A stretch of DNA of 61,832 nucleotides, filler included, from Sphacelaria rigidula (Eukaryota), in NCBI GenBank assembly GCA_964200075.2. It is 10 parts of 10 records of this genome, joined end to end, with 100 filler letters (N's around TTAATTAATTAA, not from the genome) between each part and the next. Parts side by side here need not be neighbours in the genome. Positions count along the whole stretch, not along the records: positions 37,161 to 43,253 come from CAXNAA020022274.1; positions 43,354 to 49,446 come from CAXNAA020022275.1; positions 49,547 to 55,639 come from CAXNAA020022276.1; 7 more parts are not named here. One strand, written 5' to 3'. The position numbers and the translations under genes are program-made. Below, one piece after another: positions 37,985 to 49,792 of the stretch. A model generated the notes under the pieces. The model did not search any database. It saw only the letters and a program-made list of their open reading frames with translations, and had not been told where the DNA came from. Every line of letters starts with the position of its first letter. Positions within the stretch are counted from its first letter, which is position 1.

Positions 37985-38235
37985 CCTGATGTCGACGACT
38001 CAGAGGTACAATGGATTGGCTTCGCCGCACTCACCCTCAGTCAACGTTGGCCCACAAGAACAGCGCAGCATCCACACCACACAACGTCTTCCACATATCA
38101 ACACACAAGACCACGAGGAAGTTGCCTCAGTTCTCACCTGAGTATGAACTAATGTCAAAGCGTCGTTGCAGGCTGTGGTGAAAGCCTCGAACGCCTCCGG
38201 GCCAATAGGATTCTCCTGTATCGCCGGGCACCGCT
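37985..38235 (+). repeat. Dispersed repeat; second copy at about 41550-41805 in the same contig
   Basis: CTCAGAG.TACAA.GG.TTGGCTTCGCCGCAC.CACCCTC.GTCAACGTTGGCC..AAGTTGCCTC.G.TCTCACC shared. Confidence 0.8.
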
Positions 38236-38494
38236 CGAAGAGTTAGGGATGCGAATCGCTCACAAAACATTTACGAACTTTCCCCTCCCAAAGTGTCCCG
38301 GCTCTTCCTGGTGAACACATCAAGCTAGCCAGTCAGAAATAAAGGACCCGTCCGGTCGGTTCCAAGGGAACCCTAGAAGGCCTTCTGCGCACGTTACACA
38401 CACTGCCGCAGGTGCAGTGCTCATAGTCGTACTGATGATGCATTTTCCAGGTGAAGGTTATTTCGATGCAGATGACCTACTCTGGGGATGATTA

Positions 38495-39267
38495 TAGACA
38501 AACCCGGAATAAAAACTGTGTGGTACAGTGCAGTGTTGTCTCATCTCTTTCCCCGCTGCTCCCCTTCCCTTTTTCTATGGGCACCACCAATGATGACGTT
38601 TCACGAAACCTTTGACAAAAGCGTTGAACGTGTGAGCTTTCACGGTGGGTCATCTGGGTCTCGCGTTCATCTTTCAAGTCAAAAGTATGCCGATGAAGTA
38701 AATATGAATCGCGCTGAAGGTGGTTGAATATAGATGGACAAAGCCGAACAAGGCACAGTGCAGTACAGGACAATGCAGTACGATGCAGAACGGTACAATT
38801 CAGTAATGTGTTGTCTCCTCTCCCGCCCCCCCCTGCGTTCCTTCCTATTGCTCCCATTGTCAATGGGTATCACCATGGACCAGATGATAAGAAACCTTTG
38901 AAAAGTGTGACCTCGTCCTGCCCCCAGCTCTGAAAGTGAACCCTTGGGCCTCTACGGTGGGAAATCTGGATCTTGCATTCATGTTTCAAGTCAAAATTAT
39001 GCCAATGCACAACAGATGACTCGCCGTGAAGGTGGTTGTATATAGATGGACAGAGCCGAACAACAAGCATAGTACAATGCAGGACAGTACAGTTCAGTAG
39101 AGTGTTGTCTTCTCTCTCCTTCCCTGCCTTCCTTCCGATTGCTCCCATTATCTATGGGTATCACCAAGGACCACATTACAAGAAACCTTTGGAGAGCGTG
39201 AATGCGTGCTGCCCCCAGCTCTGAATGTGAACCCTTGGGAGCCCCCGGCGGGTAATCTGGGTCTTGT
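38495..39267 (+). repeat. Diverged tandem repeat, about three units of 270-300 bp
   Basis: GTACA..CAGT..GTGTTGTCT..CTCC..ATGGG..CACCA..GAAACCTTTG recurs at about 38523, 38792 and 39087. Confidence 0.85.
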
Positions 39268-40094
39268 CAGGGGGCAGCGCGGAGAAAAATTTCGGACACG
39301 TGGCCCCCCCCCCCCGTCCCGGAGGGCATTTTTTCGAAAATTGTCATGATTTTTGCGATTTTTTTTTGCCAAGTTTGTCGCAAGGAGTTGATCAATATAC
39401 ACTGTTTTGATATTTTATGTTGATTTCGTTACAAGAAATTGATCAATAAACGCTGACAAAAACCGAAAAGTCTAGTGGGCTTTGTGGGGTTCGTATATCT
39501 GCTTGTGCTTCTTGCCCGTTCTTTCCCGTTCTTTCCCGATGACCTCAGATGCCGGAGGGCATTTTTTCGACAATTGAAATTATCCTAATTTTTTTGGATA
39601 TTTTCTGTTAACTTCGTTCCCAGAAATTGATCAATGAACATTAACAAATCCGAAAATTTTGGTGGGCCTTGCGGGGTGTGTGTTTGCTTCTGTTCTTTTA
39701 CATATTATATAAATATAGAAACATTATATAAAATGTAATATTTATTATATAGCATATATATTAATATACAATTATATAATATAGACCTATTATGTAGACC
39801 CATATTATATGAAATATAATATATGAAGCATAATATGACATATAATATATAAAAAATAAGGTATGAGATATACAGTAATATCTGAGGTATACGATATGAA
39901 ATATAATATATGAAATAAAATGTACAAGGATCTTTACTGTCTACGGCAGCTGACCGCATCCGCCAACGCCTCGGCAACAAACCAGGGGGGACACGGCTGG
40001 GTCCCCCCCCCCCTTACCCCCCTCCCCCCCCTCAAAAACTCGAATTTTCGATCTTGGGGCCTACGTGTCCTGAATTTTATTTCGCTGCCCCCTG
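39268..40094. mobile_element. 827-bp non-autonomous TIR element with a 7-bp TSD and an AT-rich core
   Basis: Perfect 12-bp TIR CAGGGGGCAGCG / CGCTGCCCCCTG, imperfect to about 45 bp; GTCTTGT at 39261-39267 and 40095-40101. Confidence 0.88.
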
Positions 40095-40137
40095 GTCTTG
40101 TTCATATTTCGAGTCAAATTATGCCAATCCAATATAT

Positions 40138-40584
40138 GGTCGCCCCGGTGGCTCAGTTGGTAACTTCGAACCCTTCTGACGGTTGGATCGTGGGTTCAAA
40201 TATCGGAGCGATCTGGGATTTTTCTCACACCATGCCAAACAGTGGAAAGCTACTATGTCGTGGGTACACAAAATTTGACTTAACCCTTAGACCGCGAGGT
40301 TAGTCTTCTGTTGAATCGGCATCAACTTCAAGTGAAGAAAAGTATGCATGATCCAGGAAGACTAATCTCGCGGTCTAAGGGTTAACGGTCGACGAGGGAA
40401 AGGGAGTGCTGAACCCCCCTCGCGATAAAAAATGAAGGCGAGCACCGCAGAAGGAAGGTGGAGTACTAAGAACGAACAAAAAAGGAAGACCTCCTGTGTT
40501 GACCTTCCTTCTATGTACCCCCGGCTGGAGCGCCCACATATACCGCAAGGTGTAGACCGGCGTCCAATATGGGACAACACACAC
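40138..40584 (+). mobile_element. tRNA-derived SINE, copy 4, interrupted by a MITE
   Basis: A box TGGCTCAGTTGG, B-like box GGTTCAAATAT, shared body, CA tail. Confidence 0.88.
40284..40381. mobile_element. 98-bp piggyBac-like MITE
   Basis: TTAA|CCCTTAGACCGCGAG ... CTCGCGGTCTAAGGG|TTAA; the empty site GACTTAATGGTCGACGAGGG is seen in SINE copy 2. Confidence 0.92.
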
Positions 40585-42398
40585 AGTAAATGCGAACATA
40601 ACACTGAAGCTTCGGGGCAGTGCAGCGATGATGTACAGACGGCAGGCCACATGTGGCGGCAAACGTAGACTCTGCATAGCTAAGAAAGAGAAGAGCAAAA
40701 GACAGTCACCATGGTGTTGTCTGTTCCAGTACACACCACGCTCTCTAACGTGGGTTCCCAGGGCGACTGGATATACGCCAGCAATGCTCCTCTGTTACTA
40801 ATTTGTCGGAATGCATTATACCCTGGCACACTTTTGATCACAACAAAGTTACCCCGATTCAGATCTCTTCTACGATTTTCCCCGCTTTCGTCTCGTCTGT
40901 GGGATATTATTTTATTGCTCTTGTCGGGGACGATGCCTTGTTGGGGACAGTCCATCGATAGGCCGGCTAAATCAGAGACGATCTCGTCGGCCACGAGTGC
41001 GATTCGAGCGCTGTTTTTTGCGTTGTGTGCTTCAACTCACGATGTATGTTTGGTCAAACCCTCTTTACGGGAGCGTCCCACGCTCGGCACAACAGACGAC
41101 AAGAAGTATTTGTTTTTGCAGACTTTCAGGGAACGCTAGAAGAGTTGAAAAAGAAGGAGTTTGACCAGGCATGCGTATCAGGGGTGTGGACGTGTATGTG
41201 ACGCCTGAACAGGGAGGGTGCGACTTCAACGCACGATTTTCTCGTTTTAAGGATGAAATTTTCAATCAAGGGTATGCATGTGGAAGAAAGGAAACGAGGA
41301 TGAGTTGTCTATGGCCGGTAAAATGTTATCGAGCAGCCCGGACAAAACTCGGGGGCTACCACCCCCGCGATTCGCATCCCTAGCAGTAGCTTGGCCTCGG
41401 TATACTTGCCCTGCAGTGCAGTACACGACGTAGAAGCACCACGTAACAGTCAACGTCGGACCTACAACGGCGGTGAGACGCTCACGTCACCGCCCCGCCC
41501 AGGTCTGTAGCCCGGGACCGATGTGTGTGCAGGACCAAGGGTACTATATCCGACACCGATGGCTCAGAGATACAACGGGTTGGCTTCGCCGCACCCACCC
41601 TCTCCGTCAACGTTGGCCGACAGGACGAGCGGAATAAAACCCACACCACACGATGTCGTTCACACGTCAACATACACGACTACGACAAAGTTGCCTCGGC
41701 TCTCACCTCCATTATCTTCAACAGCCGACGCTGCGGGAACGTTGTGGCATCAAAGTGCTCGAGACCAAAGTTTGTTTCCCTGATCGCCTGGCATCGCTCA
41801 AGCAGTAGTTCGGCCTCGGGAAACTTGCGCTGTAGTGTAATACACGACGCGAAAGCACCACATCAAGTTAATATATTACAGACAGGAATTGTCGTCTGTC
41901 GTTTTACTAGAAAAATAAATGGGCGGATGTTTGATTTTGCACTGCCCTTCTGGATCCTGCGCACGTACATACACACTCCTTTTCACGGACACCCTACTCG
42001 GATGAAGGCTCAGCCAAGACACACACAGAGAAAGCACTCACAGCACCCCCCTGGTACTTGGTTGTGGTGCTGTGAGCTATTTGGATGTGTGGTCATGAGG
42101 AACATGTGAAGGATGCATACCGAAGGAAACGCAAGGATGCAACGATCGCATGTGACTGAATTTTCGCCCATTGTATGCGAGAAAAGATATTCCTACTGCT
42201 GTAGACAACTGAGGAACGAAGAGACGCGCATAGTGGGTATCGCCGGCTGCGCTCGTTTCAACTCTGGGCCTACCATGGGCAGCGTGCGGTAGAGAGGCCA
42301 GCACGGCTGTGGAAGGCGACACACGCACACACACGCGCGCGCGCGCGCGCGTGGTACACTTTTTTCAGCGGAACTGGTGTGTCGGGGTGTTTTCTCAC

Positions 42399-42490
42399 CC
42401 AACCAAAGTAGACAAGGGAGAGAATCCGGTTGCTGTAGTCATCGAGACACACACGTAGCGTCGGGAACTTTTGTTCCAGCTCGCGGTCTG
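42399..42490 (-). CDS. Isolated probable exon of an unidentified gene (ADRELEQKFPTLRVCLDDYSNRILSLVYFGW)
   Basis: CACAG acceptor, GTGAGA donor, open protein-like frame. Confidence 0.5.
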
Positions 42491-44216
42491 CTGTGCGCAA
42501 CGTGCAAGAGAGACAAGTGAGTCAAGACTGCAGACTACACACGACACACACACACGGGGGCCAACCTGTCCGCAACAAATTTGCAGACCGCATAGCTACA
42601 CATCCTGCGACGCAGACATCATGCACGACGATCTGTCGCATACCTACACATTCTGCGAAGCAGACATCATGCACGATGATGATCTGTGGGTCCTCGATAC
42701 CCCACACTTCGACATAATAAGTGTATTTACGACGTGATCATCAGACGCAGTTTCATAAGTGAACATCTCGCATTTGCCACAAAGGACAACGCCGCGCCGG
42801 TTACGTGGGAAATTTCTCGTCATATTCTGAACCAATTTTTCGTCTCGTACCCAACCAGAAAAAAAGGCAAGCCGAAGATGTATAAAAAGGCAAATCGAAC
42901 ATGTACCGGGACAGAATCTGCTTAATTAAATGAGCGGGCGAAGCCCGTATCACGAGCCAAACCTCCCACACATAGATTAGGGTAACCCAAAGTGGATTGA
43001 CAGAAGCGCGACTATGGCCGAATTTTCAAACTCGGCACTGGCCCAAAATTGAAGGCCTGTCCACCACCAGACGGGGAACTAAAACATGGGAGACGTCCTG
43101 TTTCACTACTGTACCGCAGCAAGAACACTCGAGCCTCTCTCATGTGTTGGAGCTTCCCCTGTCTGTTCTGTTGTAGTGTGTTCACGCATTGCGAAGACGG
43201 TTTGGATTGCATGAGCTGCGATATTGTCGTTGTGTTCGTCTCTCCAGAAAACANNNNNNNNNNNNNNNNNNNNNNNNNNNNNNNNNNNNNNNNNNNNTTA
43301 ATTAATTAANNNNNNNNNNNNNNNNNNNNNNNNNNNNNNNNNNNNNNNNNNNNGATTACTCTCGGATGTACTACTCCCTTACGTGGTAGATCCGCGCGCG
43401 CGCGCGCGCGGGGTAGGGGAGGGGGGGGTCATCTCGAAAAAAAAAAAAAACAGAGCAACCAGCGCGATATCAGGAATTTGCATATTGGTAACATGGACAC
43501 ACACATACACACACGAAACAGGATACTTTTCACACCCTGGACAAAAGATTACATCGTCAAAAACGTCTACTGCGTTTAGCATGCGCTATTGCGTCTATGG
43601 CAAAACAAGATAAATTCCATACTGTTCGCGTAACACTTTTTGGCCATGTAGTCTTTCGTCCAGAGTATGATAATTTTCGGAACATGATAATGTGTAACTC
43701 ACGACGACACATGACATGATCAGAGTGGCTACATTGTGTTGTAGCGGAATACGCACAAGTCATCTTCCAAAAGCACACAATACCCTGACCTGTGTGCAGA
43801 CCTCTACTACTTATGAACCTAGACTCCTACATTTTCCAAGTAGACAATTTACACACATGCTATTATAAAATCAATATAATGTATAACGGAATGGAGTGAG
43901 ATTCTACTCCTTTGATCGATTCACCTCATTGATTGATAGTCACTTATATATTATCCCCTGGGAGTCATGATCCAGCTGTAGTCATCATCCACTCGACAGA
44001 CGTACCCAAGATACAACAAATTGGAAGCACTTGCTCAAGAAAAGTGAAGGACACAGAATGGTGGAACAGCCAGAGTAGACTTGAGAAGAAAAAAAAAAAC
44101 ACCATAAATCCAGAGCAGTTCAGTATTTACCCACTAAAACATCCATGTAGGTGCAAGAAAACGCATACTCGTAATACTAAGAGGACAAACCCAGCAGAGA
44201 CAAAAAGGGACCCAAC

Positions 44217-44351
44217 CTGTGTGCAATCCCACTGCCTCTCCCAGTCCCAAAGCTTGATGCTCATGTCGTCAGAACCCGACAGCACGTAGGGAAGAGTAGG
44301 ATGCACCTCCAAGAAGCGGATGTAGTCCGCGTGCGCCTCCCACGCTTGAAT
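44217..44351 (-). CDS. COPB2: Coatomer subunit beta-prime, WD40 exon
   Basis: [49 protein letters not shown] boundaries, 45 codons, phase 0. Confidence 0.96.
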
Positions 44352-45214
44352 CTGCCATTGAGATAACATGATATATATTTTCAACATAAGCCGGTGTGGA
44401 TTCGGAACAGTTCATGTACTTTTCAAGCCCTTGGGATGCCGGACGGCCCTCTTGAGAACCATAGTTCCCGGGTGACCTTCAACCGTGGTGAAGGTGTACT
44501 CGGAAACATGGTCATTGTTGAAACCCCTCGAGGTATCCGACCTCATTTCGGTACGAAACCATCGATCGATCTCCAGCGCCGGTGACGACAAAATTCGCAA
44601 CATTTTTTTATTATTATTCAATATGGGAGAGGGGAATTGACATCGAAAAATGAAACCGATAATCATCCGACTTTCTCGTCGTTCTTGTTTTTTTCCCCCC
44701 TCCGCACCCCCCACCCTCTGTGAACGAATTTCTTGGATTGACCAAGCAAAGAGTAATCTCGCACCTTCACATCCCACTCCTGAAAGATTCTGCACCCTGG
44801 ACAATGACCATATAAGGTCGATAGTTGCAATAGACAAAATATGTACTGCGTAGAGCATGTTGGCTTTGATTCTAAAACCAGTATAGTAATATTGCAACTA
44901 CTGCACTGCCATGCGACACAATACTTTTGCCCCCGTCAAGTCAAGGGCAAAAAACGTGGTGAGACGTTCACCAAAGCGTTAACATGCAAGGTTTCCAACA
45001 ACAAAAATGGTTTGGTTTGATCGCCTGGTTGTTTGTGTATTGGGGTTCTTGTATTCGATTTTTCACTGAATTTCGTCCCGAGTTCCACTTTCTTTGTTCC
45101 CAAATTTTGGAACCGAACTAGTAATCGGGTCTATAATAGCGGAGTGCTGATTACTTGTTTTGTACGAAGTACTGTTTTTCATTCAACTGAATCTCCTCTT
45201 GTGTCATGGGAATA

Positions 45215-45600
45215 CTAGAATATACCATCAACTCGTCAATTCATGTATACGCTCCATCATAAAAAAATCTGCTGGTATTCATCTGGAAAAAACCAACAGC
45301 GAAAAAAATGAAAAAATAAATCAACATGAGCATAGTCATCAACTCATCAATGACGGATTTATTTGTTACTAAAAGCTCTGCTGGAACTCATCTGAAAAAA
45401 ACAAAGGCAACATCGGAAAATATAAACAAAAATGAGAATATATATAATCAAGTCGTCAATTGGTGTACCTGTTTTATAAAAAAAAAACTGAGGGTACTCA
45501 TCCGACAAACCCAACGACAATGACAGAAAAAGATGAGCCAATATGAAGATATTTCATCAACGCGTCGATTCATGTATATATTTTACTACAAACTCTGCTA
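45215..45600. repeat. Degenerate tandem repeat, about four units of about 110 bp, in a COPB2 intron
   Basis: CATCAACTCGTCAATT...TCTGCTGG.A.TCATCTG-AAAA recurs. Confidence 0.75.
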
Positions 45601-45845
45601 GAGCAATGCTACGGTAGGGGTGCACTTTTTTCGCGAAATCATGTGTAGTTCAGGGGCTCTCAACGATTCTAGATGCAAAAAAAATATGGGTCAGGGCATC
45701 CCCGTTTGAAAATTCATTCGGGACATCCTCAGCAAATTGGAGTAGTAATCCTGGCGTACTTTCACATATTATCGTAGGTTGTGTTTTGCATGAGATCAAA
45801 TCTAACCTCAGAAAATATATGTGCACCCCTACCGTAGGATCACTC
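45601..45845. mobile_element. MITE with GAG...CTC termini and a 4-bp TSD (Sola-like)
   Basis: GCTA|GAGCAATGCTACGGTAGGGGTGCAC ... GTGCACCCCTACCGTAGGATCACTC|GCTA. Confidence 0.88.
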
Positions 45846-46161
45846 GCTAGTGGTACTTACCTGAAAAAAAAAAAGGAAAAAAATAGGAGAAGATAACAAA
45901 GCTGCTGACCCTCCCATATACCTCCACATCACGACTTGTCCAGGGAGCGAACAGTTCACCAATTGGACCAATGAACGCTCATTGATTCAATGGGTAAACT
46001 GTTCGCTTCCTGGACAAAAGATATGCTGTCTGGTCCATCCCGGCATGACACATCAGTGATCTTCGGGGTCCCTTGCCCCTCGCAAGCCTCACTGTTCACA
46101 CCTCAAACTCGTTTTTGCCACAGTCGCTCACCCCGGGACTTGAACCGCATACCCCTCTTAC

Positions 46162-46299
46162 CTTCTCCATAGTGTTGTAGTTGTACACCCGGAGGTGCAT
46201 GTCGTCGCTTCCCGTGATGAACCACTGCTTTCGCACGATAAAGCGCGCGCATCGCACAGGCAGCTGGCACACCTCGAACGACTTCACCATCGAGCTCGC
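46162..46299 (-). CDS. COPB2: Coatomer subunit beta-prime exon
   Basis: [49 protein letters not shown] acceptor, GTAAGA donor, phase 0. Confidence 0.96.
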
Positions 46300-47020
46300 C
46301 TGCATGAGTTCATGGCATCGATCATTATCAACGATCATTATCAACGATCAACGATCAACGATCATCATCATAACATCATCATTGGTCGTAAGAATGGTTG
46401 ATTCCTTGACTTCAGATTGAGAAAATTCCAGGGATATCTACGGATAAAACCGTGATTTTACGGATCGAAGATTGTAGCGTCAGAACTAACGAAAAACATG
46501 AGTAGAAGAGGGAACACGAAAAAGTAATCGATACGGCGTAATCTGTGGCGACATTTCCACGGATTTGGAATCGCGGATTTTTTTTTCCAATGGCTCCTGA
46601 GGGAGGAAGACGATGTTTTCTGCAACGCGAACACGCTGGTTCGATCCCTCGTCATCATCAGCTATTTTCTTTGCCCTTCTTTGCGTGAAACTTGTTTTAC
46701 TGTTGATCTCAGAGCAAAAAGTGAAAAAAAACGCGATTTCCTCCGTACACATCCCTGGAAAATTGCTTCCTCTCAGTGTACTGATCCGGATCATGATCCA
46801 GACAATTTGTCCCCCCCCTTATTTTTTCCCATGTTTGCTCCCTGGAGCACCGGACGTGCCGAGCGCGCCGAGTAGCGCAGAGATTGCGCTTTGACTTATT
46901 TGACTCCGTGGTCACATATCTCGAGTTTCGGGACCAACGCATCCGAGCAATCTCCTTTTTTTTTCATCAGTTATTTCAGACAGATCATCATTCATTCGAC
47001 GTGCGGCGTATTGTACTGAC

Positions 47021-47152
47021 CGCATAGTCCCAGATAAACACGTGCCCATTGTAGAGCGCGCTGAGCACCCACGGCTCTGTTGGGTGGATGTCCACCGACT
47101 TCACGCGGTCTGACCGGGAAGAGAGTAATTTCTTGATCTCCAATCGCAGCGG
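47021..47152 (-). CDS. COPB2: Coatomer subunit beta-prime, first long coding exon
   Basis: [47 protein letters not shown] acceptor, GTCAGT donor. Confidence 0.96.
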
Positions 47153-47206
47153 CTGTAGTACATCACGAGCGGAAGGCAAAAGGAGGAAAGAAAAAAGGGC
47201 AAGAAT

Positions 47207-47910
47207 AGGGATGCTCATTTGTTGCTTGCCTTAGTCATTCGATCATTGACCACGCATTCTCTTCGAGACGGAGCAACGTTCCTACTCCCAACCAGGACAC
47301 CTCTCATCAAATAGGCGCTCCATCAAGTTTTTTTTCTTCATACATTACATGAAGAACGTTCTACACATCTCATGTCCATCCTGTTTTACTGTCCATGACC
47401 ACCATTTTTCTCCCTATGCAACGATCGTTTTCACGCCACCATCAAACGATTTCATGTCACATTAGTTGGGTTCCGTAGTGGTATCTTCCAACAAGTCCCG
47501 TTCCTCGTTGTACATTTCATATTCTCCCACCATATATACATATGGGGGGGGGGGGCGGGTAACAGTTTTTTGTTTTATTCGCTCCTTCGACCCATAACCN
47601 NNNNNNNNNGGGGGGGGGGGGGGGCGTACTCATTTGTTGCTTGCCTTCGTCGTTCGACCAATGACCACGCATCCCTTTCGAGACGGGGCACCGTTCCTAC
47701 TTCTAATGGAGATACCTCCAACATTCCCGCGCTCATTACGTTTCTTCCATACGTGACACAGAAACCTTTTACATATCTTATCCCCGTCCTGTTTCGCCGT
47801 CTGTGGCCACCATCTATCTCCTAGTATAGCCGTCGTTTTTTCACTACTGTCTAATGCATCAAACGATTTCATGCCACCTTCGTTCACGTCCCGCATTTCC
47901 CGCTCTAGCA
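47207..47910 (-). mobile_element. Two tandem LINE 3' fragments (47207-47545, 47610-47910) in COPB2 intron 1
   Basis: ORF 47630..47956 ends AILGDRWWPQTAKQDGDKICKRFLCHVWKKRNERGNVGGISIRSRNGAPSRKGCVVIGRTTKASNK*, followed by GTACG-C(n). Confidence 0.9.
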
Positions 47911-48284
47911 CGTGTGGCATGCCGTAGTCGTGAGACCACTGACCTCGCATCCCCACGAAGCAGGGACGGAGGATGCCAAGTTTTCGCCAGATCAGGCACG
48001 CACTCAGTCACCAAGCGCGAAGCGCCGAGATTTGTTCGGCGAGTCGCACAAAGGACGAGCTGCATCCTGCTAAGATTGTTCGGCCTGAACCATGCTGACT
48101 ATTTTGCACATGGATGGCAGCCCCCGATGAGGTAATAGATGTTCTGGTACAGCCACTTCCAGAGACAGCCACGGCTTAAACGCTGCCTCGCGGGTATCTC
48201 ATCATTCAAATACCACGTAGTGCGATCATCCCCTTCGCGCGGGATTGAGCTTATCCCACCCCCCACAAAATAAACTAGCTTTAC

Positions 48285-48287
48285 CAT
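48285..48287 (-). CDS. COPB2: Candidate start codon at the end of COPB2 exon 1 (ATG|GTAAAG)
   Basis: The next exon begins at residue 2 (PLRL), so the Met must come from upstream; this is the best ATG|GT site I found. Confidence 0.5.
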
Positions 48288-49792
48288 CATCAGTGTTACC
48301 GCAAACAAAACGCAATATCAGTGACTTTGTAGCCTAGCTTACGCCGTGATTGAGGTGGTTCACGGCGTCATTGCCAACCGACGTCAACTCCACCGGGGGT
48401 CCATCCCTACAAAGCCGGGACGGAGAACGCCGGGTTCTCGCCGGATCAGGTATACGGAGACGGGGGATGAAGTGTTGTTGTCTTCACAATCAAAAACCGT
48501 TCCGATATCTGCGTAGTGCTCTGTACCACCAGGCATATGATACGGACGCCTTCCGTGGTCGCAGGCTAACTACCCAAAACCAGGTGTAAGAAAATCAAAC
48601 AATAAAATCGAGAAATCCATACAGACACGATACAAGATAAAATAAATAAAAAGGGGAAAACAAAGCAGGAGAGAAGGAAGAGGAATGGAGAGACAGAATT
48701 ATTCCCGGCGTTCTCAGAGCTCTGTAAATCGAATCCCCGAGACAAGAAGCACGAGAAGTTATTCCCCAAGATCAACAGCTTGCTAGCTGGCTGGTCCATT
48801 TGAGAAACTCACCAAAGGTTCGTCTCTCTTGGACGAGAAACGATGCAGCTGCTCTACATCATAACGTCATTGAGACCTTTCGGTACCGGAGTGACCGGAG
48901 TGGACCAACTGGGGGTGAGGGCCTTTTGTGAATCGGCATCAGTTTCACTCGAATACGACTGAAAATGATGCCGATTCCAAGGGTGTGATGGGTACAGTAG
49001 GCGTCAGCACACGAGAATCTGGCAGTTGCTAAATAACTTGAGGCTACGATTTTCGGCATGAAGAAAAATTACAGGTAAGCATTTTTTGCCGGGCTCGACG
49101 AGAAATTAGATCTTAGCATGTGTGCCGAAAATGGGGATGAAATAAGACGAGACTCTTACGCAAAATAGGAGTTCCTCAGTGCTGACGCGTACTGTAGGGT
49201 AAATACCTGGGTATTTACTCTCGTGAATTTCGTGTTGCGATTGTGTCATTTCCGAACTCTACCCTGATATATCGGGTATAGATAGGTACGATCGCAATAC
49301 TCTCCCCAATATCTGGGTATAGTTGAGTATGCTCTCAATACTTGACCTCAAGTTTTGGGTACTTACAGTACGATTTTTCGAATTACAGTAGTTAGCGTCA
49401 GAAGTGCGCAGAATCCGTAATTTCTTAGTTTCTCAAAGATTGTCCANNNNNNNNNNNNNNNNNNNNNNNNNNNNNNNNNNNNNNNNNNNNTTAATTAATT
49501 AANNNNNNNNNNNNNNNNNNNNNNNNNNNNNNNNNNNNNNNNNNNNACTCACTTGAAGCGAATGATCAAAGCCACTCTCAATCATATAATCTAATCTCAA
49601 TCTCACGAAAACACTGTTACTCGAGGTGTGCTTGTATCTGGTTCAAAACGGTGTCGAGCAGTGTGAATGACCGTCATCTATTTTTGACAAGCTCGTTCGA
49701 ACAACCGTTGCTACTTTCAACGACGATTTGCCTAGAAATCTTGTGCAAGAAGTGGCCCTAAATACCCCCCCCCTCCTATCGTAGGATGACTC

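Noticed and set aside
42320..43412. (CA)n(GC)n at 42320-42352 and (GC)n at 43393-43410 as Z-DNA regulatory elements
   Set aside because: Simple dinucleotide repeats on two different contigs, with no evidence of function.
19451..47152. Joining the COPB2, 42399-42490, NPF-rich and MORN exons into one minus-strand gene or a trafficking gene cluster
   Set aside because: They lie on different contigs joined artificially.
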